This document shows positions 1 through 13,167 of a DNA stretch of 64,000 nt, one piece after another. A model generated the notes under the pieces. The model searched no databases, was not told where the DNA came from, and worked only from the letters and a program-made list of their open reading frames with translations. Within the stretch, counting starts at the first letter, position 1. Each line of letters begins with the position of its first letter. The translations under genes and the position numbers were made by a program. The stretch lies in NCBI RefSeq assembly GCF_036321535.1, contig NC_087437.1:43464001-43528000 (forward strand), read 5' to 3'. This DNA is from Camelus dromedarius. Taxonomy: Eukaryota.

Positions 1-415
1 CTGGTAGATTAATGGATTGAGAAGGGTGGGCAGTGATGAAGAAACTTAAACCAAGATTGTGTGGAGAGAGAAATACATTCCTACTGCATGCAGGGCCCCT
101 AAATATTTGTCTTGTATGTCTTGGTATCGCTGAATGATTTACAAGGACTGGTGCTGCTCAGTGATGATGCATTCATGGGTGAAATGGAAAAAATAAAGCA
201 ATAAAGTTTTCCTAAAGCTAAATATATTCAATTTAAAGAACTTCCCTTTATTTTGAGATAGATTATAAAACTCTCTTTTTTTTTTTGAGTGAAAAATATC
301 CCTTTGTTTAATGAAATGATAGTTTTAGTAGAAGAAAGGTTGTCTGTTTTGGTTTGAGTTTTTTCTGTCTTTTCTGGGGAAAGCAATTAGATGGAAATTA
401 TGTTTTGCTTTCCTA

Positions 416-434
416 GATATATATATATATATAT
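416..434. repeat. (AT)n microsatellite
   Basis: Visible AT dinucleotide run. Confidence 0.9.
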
Positions 435-469
435 TTTTAATTTTAATGTATTATTCTCTGAACACAATC

Positions 470-790
470 ATCTCAGAAGCCAACGTAATAGAAACTAATA
501 GAAGTGAGACAGCTCCTCTCAGCATTCGGGTGAAGACACACACCCGGGAGCCGCCAGCTGCAGTGGTGCTAAGTTTACAGAGAAAACAGATTTGAGAGAA
601 TAAATCTTTATGCAGAATCAGAGAAAGATGATGAGAGAGAGACAAGGAGAGAGAGAGAGAGATCCAGAGGTCATCACTTTTCTGTTTCATTATCTGTAAG
701 TCCAGCTCCTCTCTACATTTATTTATGTGAATTAATACATTCCTTTCTTTGCATGAGATACTTTGAGTTGGCTTCAGTCACTTGCACACG
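470..790 (+). mobile_element. MaLR LTR remnant (MLT1 family)
   Basis: 3' end 'attaatacattcctttc...tttgagttggcttcagtcacttgcac' resembles the MLT1 LTR 3' terminus; GA-rich internal tract. Confidence 0.6.
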
Positions 791-2739
791 TGAGTGTCCA
801 GGTGAAGGAATTTCTGGAAGGGGCAATCTCCAGTTTCCTTTGAGGGACCCTTGACCATTTTCTTTCAAGAGCAATGCCCACAGGCAGACACTGGAGTGAG
901 ACTCTTGACCTGGATTCCGGGGTCACATGTCTGAGGGAAGGTCACCATGATGCTCTCTCTCCCTGCTCTAGGTTCTGTTGCTCGATGTTCTGCAGATGGC
1001 CAGGAGGTGGTGGAGATCTCTGCCACCTTTAGCAAACTTCCGATGCTCCATTTTCTCTCTAGGTTTCTTGGTGCATGCTTGCTTGATTTCTACTTAGAAT
1101 AAACCTTTTAATGTCGAGCACTTCCTGGCAGTCAGATAGGCAGCCCCAGGGTCTCTCCTCAACCCCAATGAAGCAGCTCACCTTTGTTTATTCAGTTGGC
1201 TTTACACAGCCTTTGCTCCAGGGCTGAGTTGAAATTTAACATATGTTTGCTACTTTGACATAAAACAGTCTATAAAATCCCAGAATTGCAAGGTGAAAAG
1301 AAATACATGAGTGCTTAATTTTCATAAACTGTAAGCACAGAAACAAGGAGATTGGAGGTTCGTATGATTTTCAACACATCATTTTCATATCCTTGTATGA
1401 GATCATATCTTGGGAATCCTTTATTAAAATATGGCTAGTATTTATTTCCATTTTTGTGTCTTCCCTTCTTTCTCTTCTAATGACATATAGTTTTCATATT
1501 TCTATTATTTTTAAGGCCAATTAAATAATAAATCTTCCTTAATTCAGATTCAAAGTAATATATAATTTGCAATAAGTCAGAAAGGAAATTTATTGTAAAT
1601 TTATGAATCTTTACTCTTATAAAGAAGAGTTTTTTTTAACAGAAAATTAATAATATAAGCATAGTTATTAAGATAGTAACTAATTTTTGAAGCACTTTAA
1701 ATCTGCATATGCATGCAAACAATTGATATGCTAATTTTAGAATATACAAACTTATCTTCTGAAGTACCTTCACTTGACAACAAACTGGTAATTAGGTATG
1801 CACTGCAGTAATAATTAAAAGTCAAAATTTTCAGTCACTCTCATTGACTATACCTCACATCGAACTGAATAATTAGGGTTATACCAATACGAATTTACAC
1901 AACATAAAAATATTAGGATTATCTTCACAAACAAATCCTGATGGCTAAAGATTTTTTAATTTTTTTTCCTGAATTATTTAAGAATGTCACAGCAAAAGCC
2001 ATGACTAATGAATACCATTTGGTCAATAGTTATCGCTAGTGGTGAGTTATCTTGCCTCTCGAAGGATGGATTCTCCACCATTTATGGAATTGCTTGTAGG
2101 AAGATGCAAGAGAGAGAACGATTTTTAAAACACAGTCTAGAATGTTGACTCCGGAGAGTCAGGAGAGAAATCGCTGGAGTGGAAGCCCTGGGATCAATTG
2201 TTGAAACACTGCTGTCTGTGAGCAGGGAGGCAGAGTTGGATGCAGGTTGGGTAAATCATGGTTCTATATTTCCTCTTTTAGAAGAACATTCATTTGATAT
2301 ACACAATATCATTCATTCCTTGTACAGAGTTTCTCAAGATCCTTTGAATCTTCTGGGTACATTCTGACTTGCTATCATTTTTCAAAACCTTATAGGACCT
2401 TGAAGAGGGGCAAAAAGGGGTTTCTGGGTTTTGGTTACACAGATTTGTTTCCCTTGTAAATGTCGATTAAGCTATAAAGTTAGGATTTGGGCACTTTCTC
2501 TGCGTAATGTATACTTAAATCTAATTTTACTTAAAAATGAAGAACACCTAAGTGGATGTTTAAAAAATTACCAAAAATTTATACCCATAAATTACTGGAA
2601 GAAGGAGTCATTGAGAGAGATGAAGAGTAAAATGCAAAAGGCAGAAAAAAAAAAAAACAAAGAATGAAAAAAGGAAGTAAGAGAGGCAGTATGCTATGGC
2701 CACTGTGTGTCTGTATGCCCCTCAGCTCACATTTATCCA

Positions 2740-2940
2740 CCACCTATTGAGAGCCAGAAATATGCTCTGTGTGCTACATATAACACCTCATTTAGTTCTC
2801 CCCAAAACCTGATGAGTTAAATATTATCATCTCTATTTTACAGGTTAAACACAACCCTAAAAATTCAGCGAAGATATATTACTCTAGGGTCCCAAACCTG
2901 ATATCTGCAAGAGCTGGGGTTCTATTTGGAGACAGGCTCC
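2740..2940 (-). mobile_element. MIR SINE
   Basis: 'ctcatttagttctcccc...attatcatctctattttacagg' matches the reverse-complement MIR core. Confidence 0.65.
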
Positions 2941-4769
2941 TTCTCCCAGGTTACCTACGATGCTTTTTGGTAGTCATAGGAGCTCCCTCTTCTCATTTCT
3001 CAGGCATCCAAAAGGCTGGTGAGGGACGGAATATGGGCAGAAAGGCACAGAATGAGTATCGTGAAATCTCAAGGGGATTAATGCCCATTACTTCCTTTGA
3101 GGTGGAAATCCATCATCGCAGTGTGGAGAGGCACTGCTGTTAAATTCTCTGCAAACAACCATCTGTCTGAGATCTCCCTGAAGTGGCTGCTGTCCAGGAT
3201 GACTGTGTTGCTGCAGTCTTGGAGTGGCTGGAACACTGTAGTGTCTATGTTAATAGCTGAGAAATAGCAGCAGCCGCCAGACCACTCCAATGGAACAATT
3301 CTAATCGGGGTAAGTTTGATTGAGCAAAAAAGTCATGCTGACTGTGTGATGAAGAGGCAGAACTGGTTATAGTGACAGGCCCTGCAGTCAGCAGCTGCGG
3401 GTTTTATGTGAAGGGCAGACTGATCTGGAAAATGGGAAGGGTTGGTTGCCAATAACATTTGGGAGGGGGTTGTTCAGTGCATCCCCCATTCCTTATATAA
3501 CACTCATCACAGAGAGACACTTAGGAAATAAAACACACTTGAAACATCACGAGTTGCAGATGAGTATACACAGTTGCTAGTGTAGAGAGAAGATAAAAGG
3601 AGTTTTCATTGCAAAAATCCAAACAGGGCACCAGGGCTTTGTCTGCTACATCCAGAAGTTCATAGCTCCCTGGTGTTCCTACTGCCCCTATATTAATAAC
3701 ATGGACCTGACCATAGTTAAACTTCCACAGTAGAACACAGCTCATCCATAAGTCAGAAAATATTTTTTTGAGTATCTGTTAGGTATAAGGTTTGGAGTGT
3801 TAGGTATTTAGGGAATAGAATGAGAGAGGTCCCATGATTCTGCCAGTAACTGTGAGCCTTCTGAATGAGTAATGCATGCAGTGAGGACTACAGGAGTGCG
3901 TGTCTCTCTTCAGGAAAACACGTTATCTTCTGGGGGGATCAGTTATATTTTAAAGAATGATTGGGAATACTTTAGGTTTACGGCCCACATATAACATCTC
4001 AGAATTATATTTTCTGTATCCCACTGAGAAGAATTTTCTCCTTGTACACAAGACAGTCATTTGTATGTGGCCCTCTGTAGGTCTCCCCAGGGCATTTCTG
4101 GAAAAAGAAAATAAAATAATATTTTAAAAACTAGTCATCATTCAAAGCCATGGAAGCCTCTGAAGTCAGAAGCCTTGAAAAAGTCAGATTTCCTACCAAA
4201 GGGCCACCATAAATCAAGTCTCTCATAAACACCAACGACTCCTTGGATCCTTTTATCTGCTTGTTGACAATATAAAATCACCACCGCGCTGTCAATCCAG
4301 CTGTAGTTAAATCGTTGGCGTTGTAGTAATGCCATTTGGACTTCGTGGCATCTTTCACTTAGGTATCTTTAATAAACACATTCCATTTTATCAGCATTCT
4401 ATTGCACCAGATGAACAAATAAAAATTAAATGCCTACCTTTACACCGCACCCATCGTTTTCCATAAGCCCTCATGGTTCTTTCTTTAGCACTTCCTGACT
4501 AATAATTCCTCTTCGAATACTAACAATAATAACTGTGACTGAGTATATGCCTCCTGGGGGCCAAGAGTTAGCGATACTTTACACACACTGTTTTATTTAA
4601 CTACATTCTCAATTCTGATTAATCATAATATTGTGTAGATTTTTCTAGAAATCCGGTTTTGAAAAACTGATTAACAAGCATGTAGATCAAACTTGGATTT
4701 TCCAAATAAGGGCACCGATGCCAAGAATCATTAAGTAACTAGCCTGTAATCCTTCTGACTTAAGGTTAC

Positions 4770-5255
4770 AAAATATGACTTAAACATGACTCAAAAAACA
4801 CGAACCCAAAATACAAAGCATAAACAGGAAAATTAAGATGTTCTGTTCAATGAGTGATATTATACACAAAACTGAAAGAAAGATCACAGCTTAACAGAAG
4901 GTATTTTCAGCCTGTAAAATTGATAAAGGAGCTTATTATCAGAATATACTAGGAATGCCTTTAAATCAACAACAATGTCAGGGACTCCGAGAGAAAATGG
5001 ACAGAGTATTTAGGAAAGGAGAGATACAGAAGGGGAAGCCCAAGTGGATAATAAGCTTATAAAGCAATGTTTCAACTTATTAGTAAGGAGGGGAAATGCA
5101 AATTAAAGCAATGACATGGCATTTTATATCACTCTGACAGGCAAAAAGTAGGAAGGTGGATCTCTTTCAGGATTGCTGAGGATGTGGGAAGCCAGGAACA
5201 CCTGTGTCCTGTTGACAGGAGTGTCAACTGGATTGGCCTTTATGGAGAAAAAGTT
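4770..5255 (+). mobile_element. Old L1 (L1M/L1ME) ORF2 3' fragment
   Basis: 'atcagaatatac', 'ggaaatgcaaattaaagcaatga' and 'gaggatgtggga' are typical of the L1 ORF2 C-terminal region; heavily decayed. Confidence 0.75.
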
Positions 5256-6645
5256 ACTGCTGCAGAGAAGCACTGATAAGACTGCCGGGTGACACTGGCT
5301 ACCCCGGCAGAGCTTAGCTGTGTAAAACTCCTATGTTTAAAAAGTCCCAAATTGGCAACAACTTGTATTTGATGGGAAATATCTTCGTATAACCTAAGAG
5401 GGAAAGGAGGCCGTTTTATCAGTATCTTCAAACCTTTTACTAAAAATTTAAAAATAGTAAAAAAAAAAGTTGAAAATTTTTTCAGATGTAATCTTTTATT
5501 TAATCCTCTATTCCCAGAGGTCAAACACAATGCCCTTTATTGTTGTGCCTTGAATGTATTTGATACGAATAAATAGTTTGGGATGACTAAGTGGATAAAA
5601 ATAATTACTGGAGATGATTTTTAAAAATCCTAATCACCCAACATGTACATAGAGCCATATGGCTAATCTTAAAAATGTTAAGTGAACAAAAGAAAACCCA
5701 CAACTAAAATGTAGACTATATCACAAACACTACTCATATAAATAAAGAACAGATAAACATAAAACACTACTACATATTTTATCAGCATAACTCAGGACAC
5801 ATATCAAGCATAGTAGAGTAAAAGGTGAGGGGAAGTTGGCTAAAAGAAGTGGTCAGGAATAAAGGGGGAAACAAACAACAAACAAACAAACAATCAGCTT
5901 TAGAATACATGACCATGTGCCATGAAATGTTAGGCATAGTTAACACAATTCTCTGCACTTGAGATCCAAAAAGCAAACAAAACCTCCTCTATTATACAGC
6001 TTATTAACAACAAAGGCAGAACTTGGAGCCAAGTTGCTAGACATTCTGTTCCTAACCTTACCTCTTTCCATATTGTGTACTGCTTCTATACTAAAATCTT
6101 TCCACAATGCATTCATGCTGTAAGGATCATTATAATTCAATTCAAAGACATTTACTGAGTAGCAGTTGTGTGCAAGAAGCTGACTGTCCTAGGTATTCAA
6201 GAAGAATATAGCTAGAAGGGTAAGCCAAATAAAACTTGGCTAAGTTAGAGCCAGTTCCATTAAAAAGAAAGAAAGAAAAAAAACCCTAAACACAGAAATA
6301 GGACTTCATGAAGACTTTGAAGCAATATAAGCCTGTGCTGAAGTTGTTGCATAGTGTAGCACCTGGAAGGAATTCCGGAAAATGTCACTTACCCAGCTGT
6401 CTGCCCAAAGTCCTAGTCAGCCTGTCAACTGCTCCCTCCGAAGTCTATCTTCTTAGGCTCTCTCAGCAACTCCAACTCTCCTCTCTCACACCGTCCCCTC
6501 TAACTTTGTATTTATTTAGTTCTTCTTCCTCATACAGCTTTACTTCTGTTTCTCACGTTGAGCTCAGCAACTCTACTTGTTACCCTAATAAGCAAAACTA
6601 AAGGCTAGCAGGTAAGGTTCAGGGGGAAGGTTATAAACATTTACA

Positions 6646-6960
6646 CAGGGCTACAATCCCCTTGGAGCCAGATGTATTTCAGAATTCCAATTTTTGTCAG
6701 GTTTTTGGAAGTAATATGGTGCATAAACACCATTAAGGAGACTGTGCTGCACTAATGTAATCATAGTTATATAATTTTTCTGCAACAAACATGTGAATAT
6801 TCACACTATATAGAATAAAGACTTAACATCAGTTCAGGTCAAGTTTTGCCCTCAAATACATTCAGATCAGGTCAAGTTTTGCAGTTCAAATGAGTTTTTA
6901 AAAGCTAGATTTTTATAGCCTTTGATTTATGAAATTGAGGATAAGGGAATGTGGTCCCAT
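6646..6960. mobile_element. Ancient TcMar-Tigger non-autonomous element (subfamily uncertain)
   Basis: Degenerate TIRs 'cagggctacaatcccctt' and 'gataagggaatgtggtcc'; internal repeat 'tcaggtcaagttttgc' twice. Confidence 0.65.
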
Positions 6961-7044
6961 CAATTTCAAGAATCATAATTATGAGTTAATTTACATAAAA
7001 CTCATAGACCTTTGTATAGGTCATGATAAATATATAATGAGTGT

Positions 7045-7957
7045 TGGCTATCATTATTATTAATAATAGTACACACTTTTATGGCACTGGATAATGCATG
7101 CATTATTTTATTTAATCCTTTTAACCTCTCCTTTTTTCTTATTTTTTTTAATTGAAGTATAATCAGTTTACAATGCTGTATCAATTTCTGGTGTACAGCA
7201 TAATGCTTTAATCATACAGGTATACATATATATGCTTTTTCATATTCTTTCTCACTATAGGTTACTACAAGATATTGAATATTGTTCCCTGTGCTATACA
7301 GAAGAAACTTTTCACTTATCTGTTTTATATATAGTAGTATCTACAAATCTCAAACTCTGATTTTATCCCTTCCCACCTTCTCCTCCCTCCCCCAGTAACC
7401 ATAGTTTGTTTTCTATGTCTGTGAGTGTGTTTCTGTTTGGTAAATAAGTTCATGTATGTCTTTTTTTTTTTTTTTAGATTCCACATATGAAAATACAGTA
7501 TTTTTCTTTCTCTTTCTGGCTTAATTTACTTAGAATAACAATCTCCAGGTCCATCCATGTTGCAGCAAATGACATTATTTTATTCTTTTTTATGGCTGAG
7601 TAGTATTCCATTGTATAAATATACCACAACTTCTTTATCCAGTTATCTTTCAATGGACATTTAGGTTGTCTCCAAGACTTGGCTATAGAAAATAGTGCTG
7701 CTGTGAACATTGGAGTATATGTATTTTTTTTGAATTAGAGTTCCCTCCGGATATATGCCCAGGAGTGGGGTTGTTGGATTATATGGTAATTAACACTCTT
7801 TAAATTACAGCTTCTAATTACCCTCATTGTATAGAGAAGGAAAGTGAGGCTCATTACTGTGCCAGAAGCATCTGGGTAGTTTGTGGGCAAGTTGAATTTC
7901 CACGCATGTTGTGTCTCTCACTTCAAGGCATGTGCTTTTAATCACACACTATACTGT
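7045..7957 (-). mobile_element. MIR SINE split by an L1 insertion
   Basis: MIR-like 'attattttatttaatcct' before 7130 and 'cattgtatagagaaggaaagtgaggctc...ttttaatcacacactatactg' after 7790. Confidence 0.6.
7131..7789 (-). mobile_element. L1 3' end (ORF2 C-terminus plus 3' UTR), 5'-truncated
   Basis: ORF 7474-7710 (MFTAALFSIAKSWRQPKCP...WYIYTMEYYSAIKK) is the L1 ORF2p C-terminus; T-rich tail near 7131. Confidence 0.95.
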
Positions 7958-7984
7958 GACTGCTGACCTCAAGTGGAATTGGCC

Positions 7985-9875
7985 TCTGGTCAAAGATGAC
8001 AGAATAATAACATTTATTTACCTATTCTTCCTCCTGAAACCTCATTAAAATGATAGTAAAGATTATTTTAAAATGCTTATCCCTGGTGGGGAGGAGGTGT
8101 GGAGAGAGGAACGGTGGTAGAGGGAAAATAACAGTAACATTCTGGAATCTGGAAACAGATGGACAAATCATAAATGATTAGATACTACCAAGGAAACTAA
8201 ATCTGAAACCAAGAAGCAACCCCATTTAAAGTGCAGAGTCCACAAAGTCTCAGGAAATTACCAAGTTAGCTACCTCTAGAAGTGAGGATAAAATTGGGAT
8301 TAAAAAAAAAAAAAAAGGAATATTGGTTAAAACCCTTCAGACACAGAGAAATGGAACGTCAAAGAAAAAATAAAAAGGAAATGCTAGAAGTCAAAGACAC
8401 TGTAAGAGAAGTGAAGGTTGCCTTTGATGGGCTCATTAGTGGACTTGACATGGCTGAGAAAACAATCAATGAGCCTGAAGGTAGGTAAATAGAAACTTCC
8501 TAAAGTGTAATGCAAATTCTCTTGAAGAAAAGAATTTAAAAGGCAGAATGGAATTTCCAAGAACTGTGGGGAAATTTCTAAAGCTATAGCATATGTGTAA
8601 TTGAAATATCAGAAAGGAAAGATAGAGAGGTTGGAGCAGAAGAAACCCTGGAGGTAATAATGGCCAGGAACTTTGTAAAATCAGTAACACACACCAAACT
8701 ACATATCCTGGGAAGTCAGAGAACCCCAAGCAGGATAAATACCAAAAATAAAAAACAAGTAAACAACAACCAAAAAAAACAAACAAAATCCCTATAGTTA
8801 GCCATATCATACTCAAACTGCAGAAAATCCAAGACAAAGGGAAAATATTGAAAGAAGTCTGAGAAAAACAACTTACCTATAGAGGAATAAGGGTAAACAT
8901 TACATGAGACTTTTTGTCAGAAACCGCACAAGCAGGAAGAGAGTGGAATGAAATATTTGAAGTGCTGAAAAAAAGAAAAAAATCACTAATCTAGAATTAT
9001 ATATTCAGAAAAATTATTTTTCAAAAGTGAAAGAGAACTTAAAACTTCTGTAGACAAACAAAAACTGAAGGAATTCATTTTCAACAGACTTGCTTTACAA
9101 GAAATGTTAAAAGAAGTTCTTCAGACAGAAGGAAAACCCTGTGCATCAGAAATTTGGATGTACATGAAGAAAAAAAGCATCAGAGAAGAAATATATGAAG
9201 GCAGAATAAAATATTTTATTTTTCCTATTCTTAATTGACTTAAAATATAACTATTTAAACCAATAATAGTAACAATGTATTGGGTGATTATAGTGTATAA
9301 GTAAAATGCGTTTCACAAGTGATAAGAAGGAGGAATTGACAATCCTCTGTTAGAAATCACCCTGTATTACATGCAAAGTGGCGTAATGTTATCTGAAGGT
9401 TGACTTAATTAGTTTGAATAGTGTATTTTAAACTCTAATGCAACTAATAATTTTTTTTAAAGAAGTATAATTGATACACTAGAAGAGATAAAATAGAATC
9501 ATATAAAATGCTGTTTGAAACCAGAGACGTCATAAAAAGGGAAGGTGGGCAGACAGATACAAACTGCAAAAATAAATAGAAAAGAGTTACAAACGAGGTA
9601 GATATTAATCCAACAATGTGAATAAATAATTCAATTTTAAATAGTCTAAACAGACCAATTAAAAGACAGATTTTGAGGGTGGATTAAAAAAACAAGTCTC
9701 TAATATATGTATCTATAAGAAACCTATTTTAAATATGAAGGCTCAAATCAAAAGTTAAGGGGTAAAGAAAAATATGCCATGCTAATCGAAAGAATGCTGG
9801 AGTAGCAATGTTAACTTCAGAGGTAGATGATTTCAGAATAAGAGAAATTATCAGGGGCTAAGGAAGATATTACAG
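7985..9875 (+). mobile_element. Old L1M 5' portion (5' region, ORF1, start of ORF2)
   Basis: ORF 8282-8488 (EMLEVKDTVREVKVAFDGLISGLDMAEKTINE) is ORF1p coiled-coil-like; downstream ORF1 C-terminal and ORF2 endonuclease-start motifs; disrupted. Confidence 0.85.
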
Positions 9876-11069
9876 ATTAACCAACTGCTATGTGTTTTCA
9901 CTTACCATATCTCATTTATTCCTCGTGAAAATCCAGTTGTTGGGAGCACTTACTCTGTCTGAATATAGTGAAATTAATAAAATGCAAAAAAACGGCGTAG
10001 CACTGGTTTCTTTTTATTAAGTAAATTCCATTAAAACAGCAAACAGAAAATTGCAGTTGAAAACTACAAACAGGAACTCAACACACCATTATGTTCATTC
10101 ATCTTGAGTTACATTGGTTACTGTCAGATAAGCCTATTGAAAACTGCTGACACCGTTGCTGTTCCCAGGTAGGCATGAGACCCAGGGGGACGTGTGGTCA
10201 TCAGAACCTTTCACTCCAGCCTATTGCCATGTGTGGTCCTTGGTGATCTTGTTTCACAGGCTCCCGATGCTGTGCAGCCTCTGACACATGCAGTCTTGGT
10301 GGCAGTGTCGACTGCTTCCCGGTGTCTCACAGCTTTGCCACATGGCTTGATGCTTTGTTTGGTTTGTGCTTAGCACATTTCCTCTGCCTTGCCAAGTCTG
10401 AGTTTGCTCCACTTAATGCAGCTTCTGCCTCGGTGTCCTGCTACCGTTTATCATCCACAAACATCTCACCCTACAGAGCAGAGCTGGAGGGAGTGTGGCT
10501 TCAGTGTTGCTGGGCTGGCTGGAATCCAGGGTCTTATTGCCGGTGATCTGCAATTCCGTTTAATAATAAAAAGGGCTGATGGTGTTGCTGGTGAAACTGC
10601 CTGAGAAATCCACATGCTGGCAGATCTGCGCCCACAGCCACTGCCCGCTGTACGTCAGTGTTTCAGGCCACTGACCTCACTCATAGATGCATGATCCTCT
10701 GTGTCACCAACTTTATACAGTCTGTGTTAAAGAAATAGACAATATATTATTTGGTCTGATGTGGGAAATGGCGTAGTTTTTTATATTGTTAAAATAAAGA
10801 GATAGTTGGTGTCTCTTCATTCTTAAGTGTACCTGGTGATTCATTAACTTAAGCAAGAAATTAAAACATTAGTGTTATATTATAAATATTATTCTTTAAA
10901 AAAATTGTCAATGAACTAGAGGACCTTAGCTCTTAAAACTCAGATTAGACTTAAAAACAAAATAAAATAAATAAACACATAGTTTAACCTGGATATTAAT
11001 ACCACAGGCCTCCTCTACACTTCCTGGCTTTGGGGGTTTATTTTATACATATTAGTTTTATTTAACATC

Positions 11070-11310
11070 CTCTTATATCGTGATTATTATATGCCAGGTG
11101 GTTTTTTAAGCACTTGACAAATACGACATCATTTAATGCTCATAGCAACTGTATGAACTAGGTACTGTTATTATCCTCATTTTATGGATTTGGAAACTGA
11201 GGTGCAAGATGCTTAAGTAACATGCTGTAAGTCACACAGTCAGAAAGTGGCAAAGCTGAGAGTCCACCTAGGGAGAGATGCTGCATAAACTAAGACTATA
11301 ACCACTTCTG
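11070..11310 (-). mobile_element. MIR SINE
   Basis: 'catttaatgctcatagcaac...ttatcctcattttatggatttggaaactgagg...aagtcacacag' is the MIR core. Confidence 0.85.
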
Positions 11311-11939
11311 TGTTTTATCTTCTGACCCACGATAGCAAATCCCCAGTGCTAAATTTCAGTATAACTCCCAGCCAAGCTCCTACTTCTATGGAAACATATT
11401 TTATTATTCTCTCTATAACACAACACGTTAAGGACACCGTAGATGTTTACTGATTGCAGAGGAACTAGACGTGATGTGAAAGCAGTTCATTTTTGACCCA
11501 AAACTAACAATTAAGTGAGGCAGTGAAGTTTAGTGAATTGCTCACAGAAGCCAAATAAGATTCACAGCCTTAAAAGGAAAAAAGCTCAGGAGAACTATAC
11601 TATCCAGCCTCATGCTGACTGGGACTCCTTGGATAAACTGAAAACAACAACAGCGTCAAATGAGTGAGGCCGCCTGGTGTGGGCAAAAGATGGCAAGCTG
11701 GGGATCACGAGTGGAAGAGCTCGCGTCCTGGAATAACTGAGTTTCTTCCGGGGAGTCAGAATATAACCCTGTAGTTTCTGGAGTCAGACAAACCCAGCTT
11801 TCCTATTTCTGCCCTGGGCATCTTTAGGGGGTAGGTGCATAGCTGCTCACTTTCTTTCCCTTCAGAGCAGACCTGTTTTCTACTTTTTTTTTATTCATAT
11901 TGTCTTACAATATCTAACTGGACAAAGCAGATCTTACTT

Positions 11940-12290
11940 AAAAGTATTCATTTATCCTAGACAATGAAATGGTGAATACCTATGTATTAGGCGCTAGGAT
12001 GTGTAACTAGGTTCAGGGCTATGTTCGGAGAGTACAAAGTGACAGAGACTAGGTTCCTGTCTTCAGAAAGCTCAGTCAAGTGGGAAAGAGATGTTTAAGT
12101 GTGCTAAGGTAGAGACAGGTCAAAATTATTAAAGGCTCACAGAGAAAAGTAACTCAGGGAAAGCTTCACAAAGGAGATAATGTTTCAGGGGGGTTGAGAA
12201 TGAGTGAACTGGGTGGACCAGTAGAGAAATGAATGGGGTCTGAAGACACAGCGCCTGTGGGAGAACACGTGAGAGCAGGAGGTGCTTGGG
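11940..12290 (-). mobile_element. L2 LINE 3' fragment
   Basis: 'attcattt...gaatacctatgtattaggcgct...ggttcctgtcttcagaaagctcagtc' resembles the L2 tail. Confidence 0.6.
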
Positions 12291-12341
12291 GGGAAGTACC
12301 CATGTTTTAGGGAGGGAGCAGATTATTCCCTGGAAAAGATG

Positions 12342-12512
12342 AGACTGTCCTCAGGGTGTGGTCTGGGCAGCCTCCGCATCACCTGGGAATTTGTTAGAAA
12401 TGCAGTTTTTCAGGACCCACGCAGACATACTGAATCAGAAACTCTGGGGATGGGATCCAGAAATATGTGATTTAACAAGTTCTCCAAGTGATTCTCATGC
12501 AGGCTAAGCCAC
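12342..12512. mobile_element. MER5A (hAT-Charlie MITE)
   Basis: 'catcacctgggaatttgttagaaatgcag...tactgaatcagaaactctgggg...gtgattctcatgca'. Confidence 0.9.
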
Positions 12513-12956
12513 GGACATAGAGTGAAAAGCAAAGCTCCCAATGACTCCATTTTATATGAACCTTCTTCTCTCACTTTTCAGAGGGCACCTTCGGCAAGTC
12601 TGTAGGCTGAGAATTCCTAGGAAGAAATATCAGGGAGCTAAACCAGAATAAATTCTAACTGGTGACCCTAGTATTTACGGAAAGAGGTTTTTATCTGTAA
12701 TTCACAATATACAGGCATGCTCTCACTGATTTCTGTTCATGTTTCAAAACTGAGTATTGTCAGTGATGTCTTCACCATAAACCTGATTCAGAAACTAGTG
12801 CACCACCTTTCTGTCGAGTGGGCTGATCTCCAGGAGCACAACTAAGCTTGAGAAAACGATCTCTTGATCTTAGAGATCACAATGTTGATTAAAACACTAG
12901 CGATGTGACGTCCTTCAGGGCAAATGCTTAATAACACAGAGCTCTGTGAACAAGCC

Positions 12957-13167
12957 CAGTTGACCCTTGAACAATATGGGTTTAAACTGTGCAGCTCCAC
13001 TTATAGTCAGATTTTTTTCTATGGTCAATACTATAGTACTTCACCATTCGTGGTTAGTTGAATCCACAGATACCGAGGAACTGTGGATGCAGAGGGCAGA
13101 CTACAAATTCTACTCAGACTTTTGTGGGTCCATGTGCCTAAGCCCAGCATTATTCAAGGGTCAGCTG
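12957..13167. mobile_element. Tigger2-derived MITE (Tigger2a-like)
   Basis: TIRs 'cagttgacccttgaaca' and 'tattcaagggtcagctg'. Confidence 0.9.
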
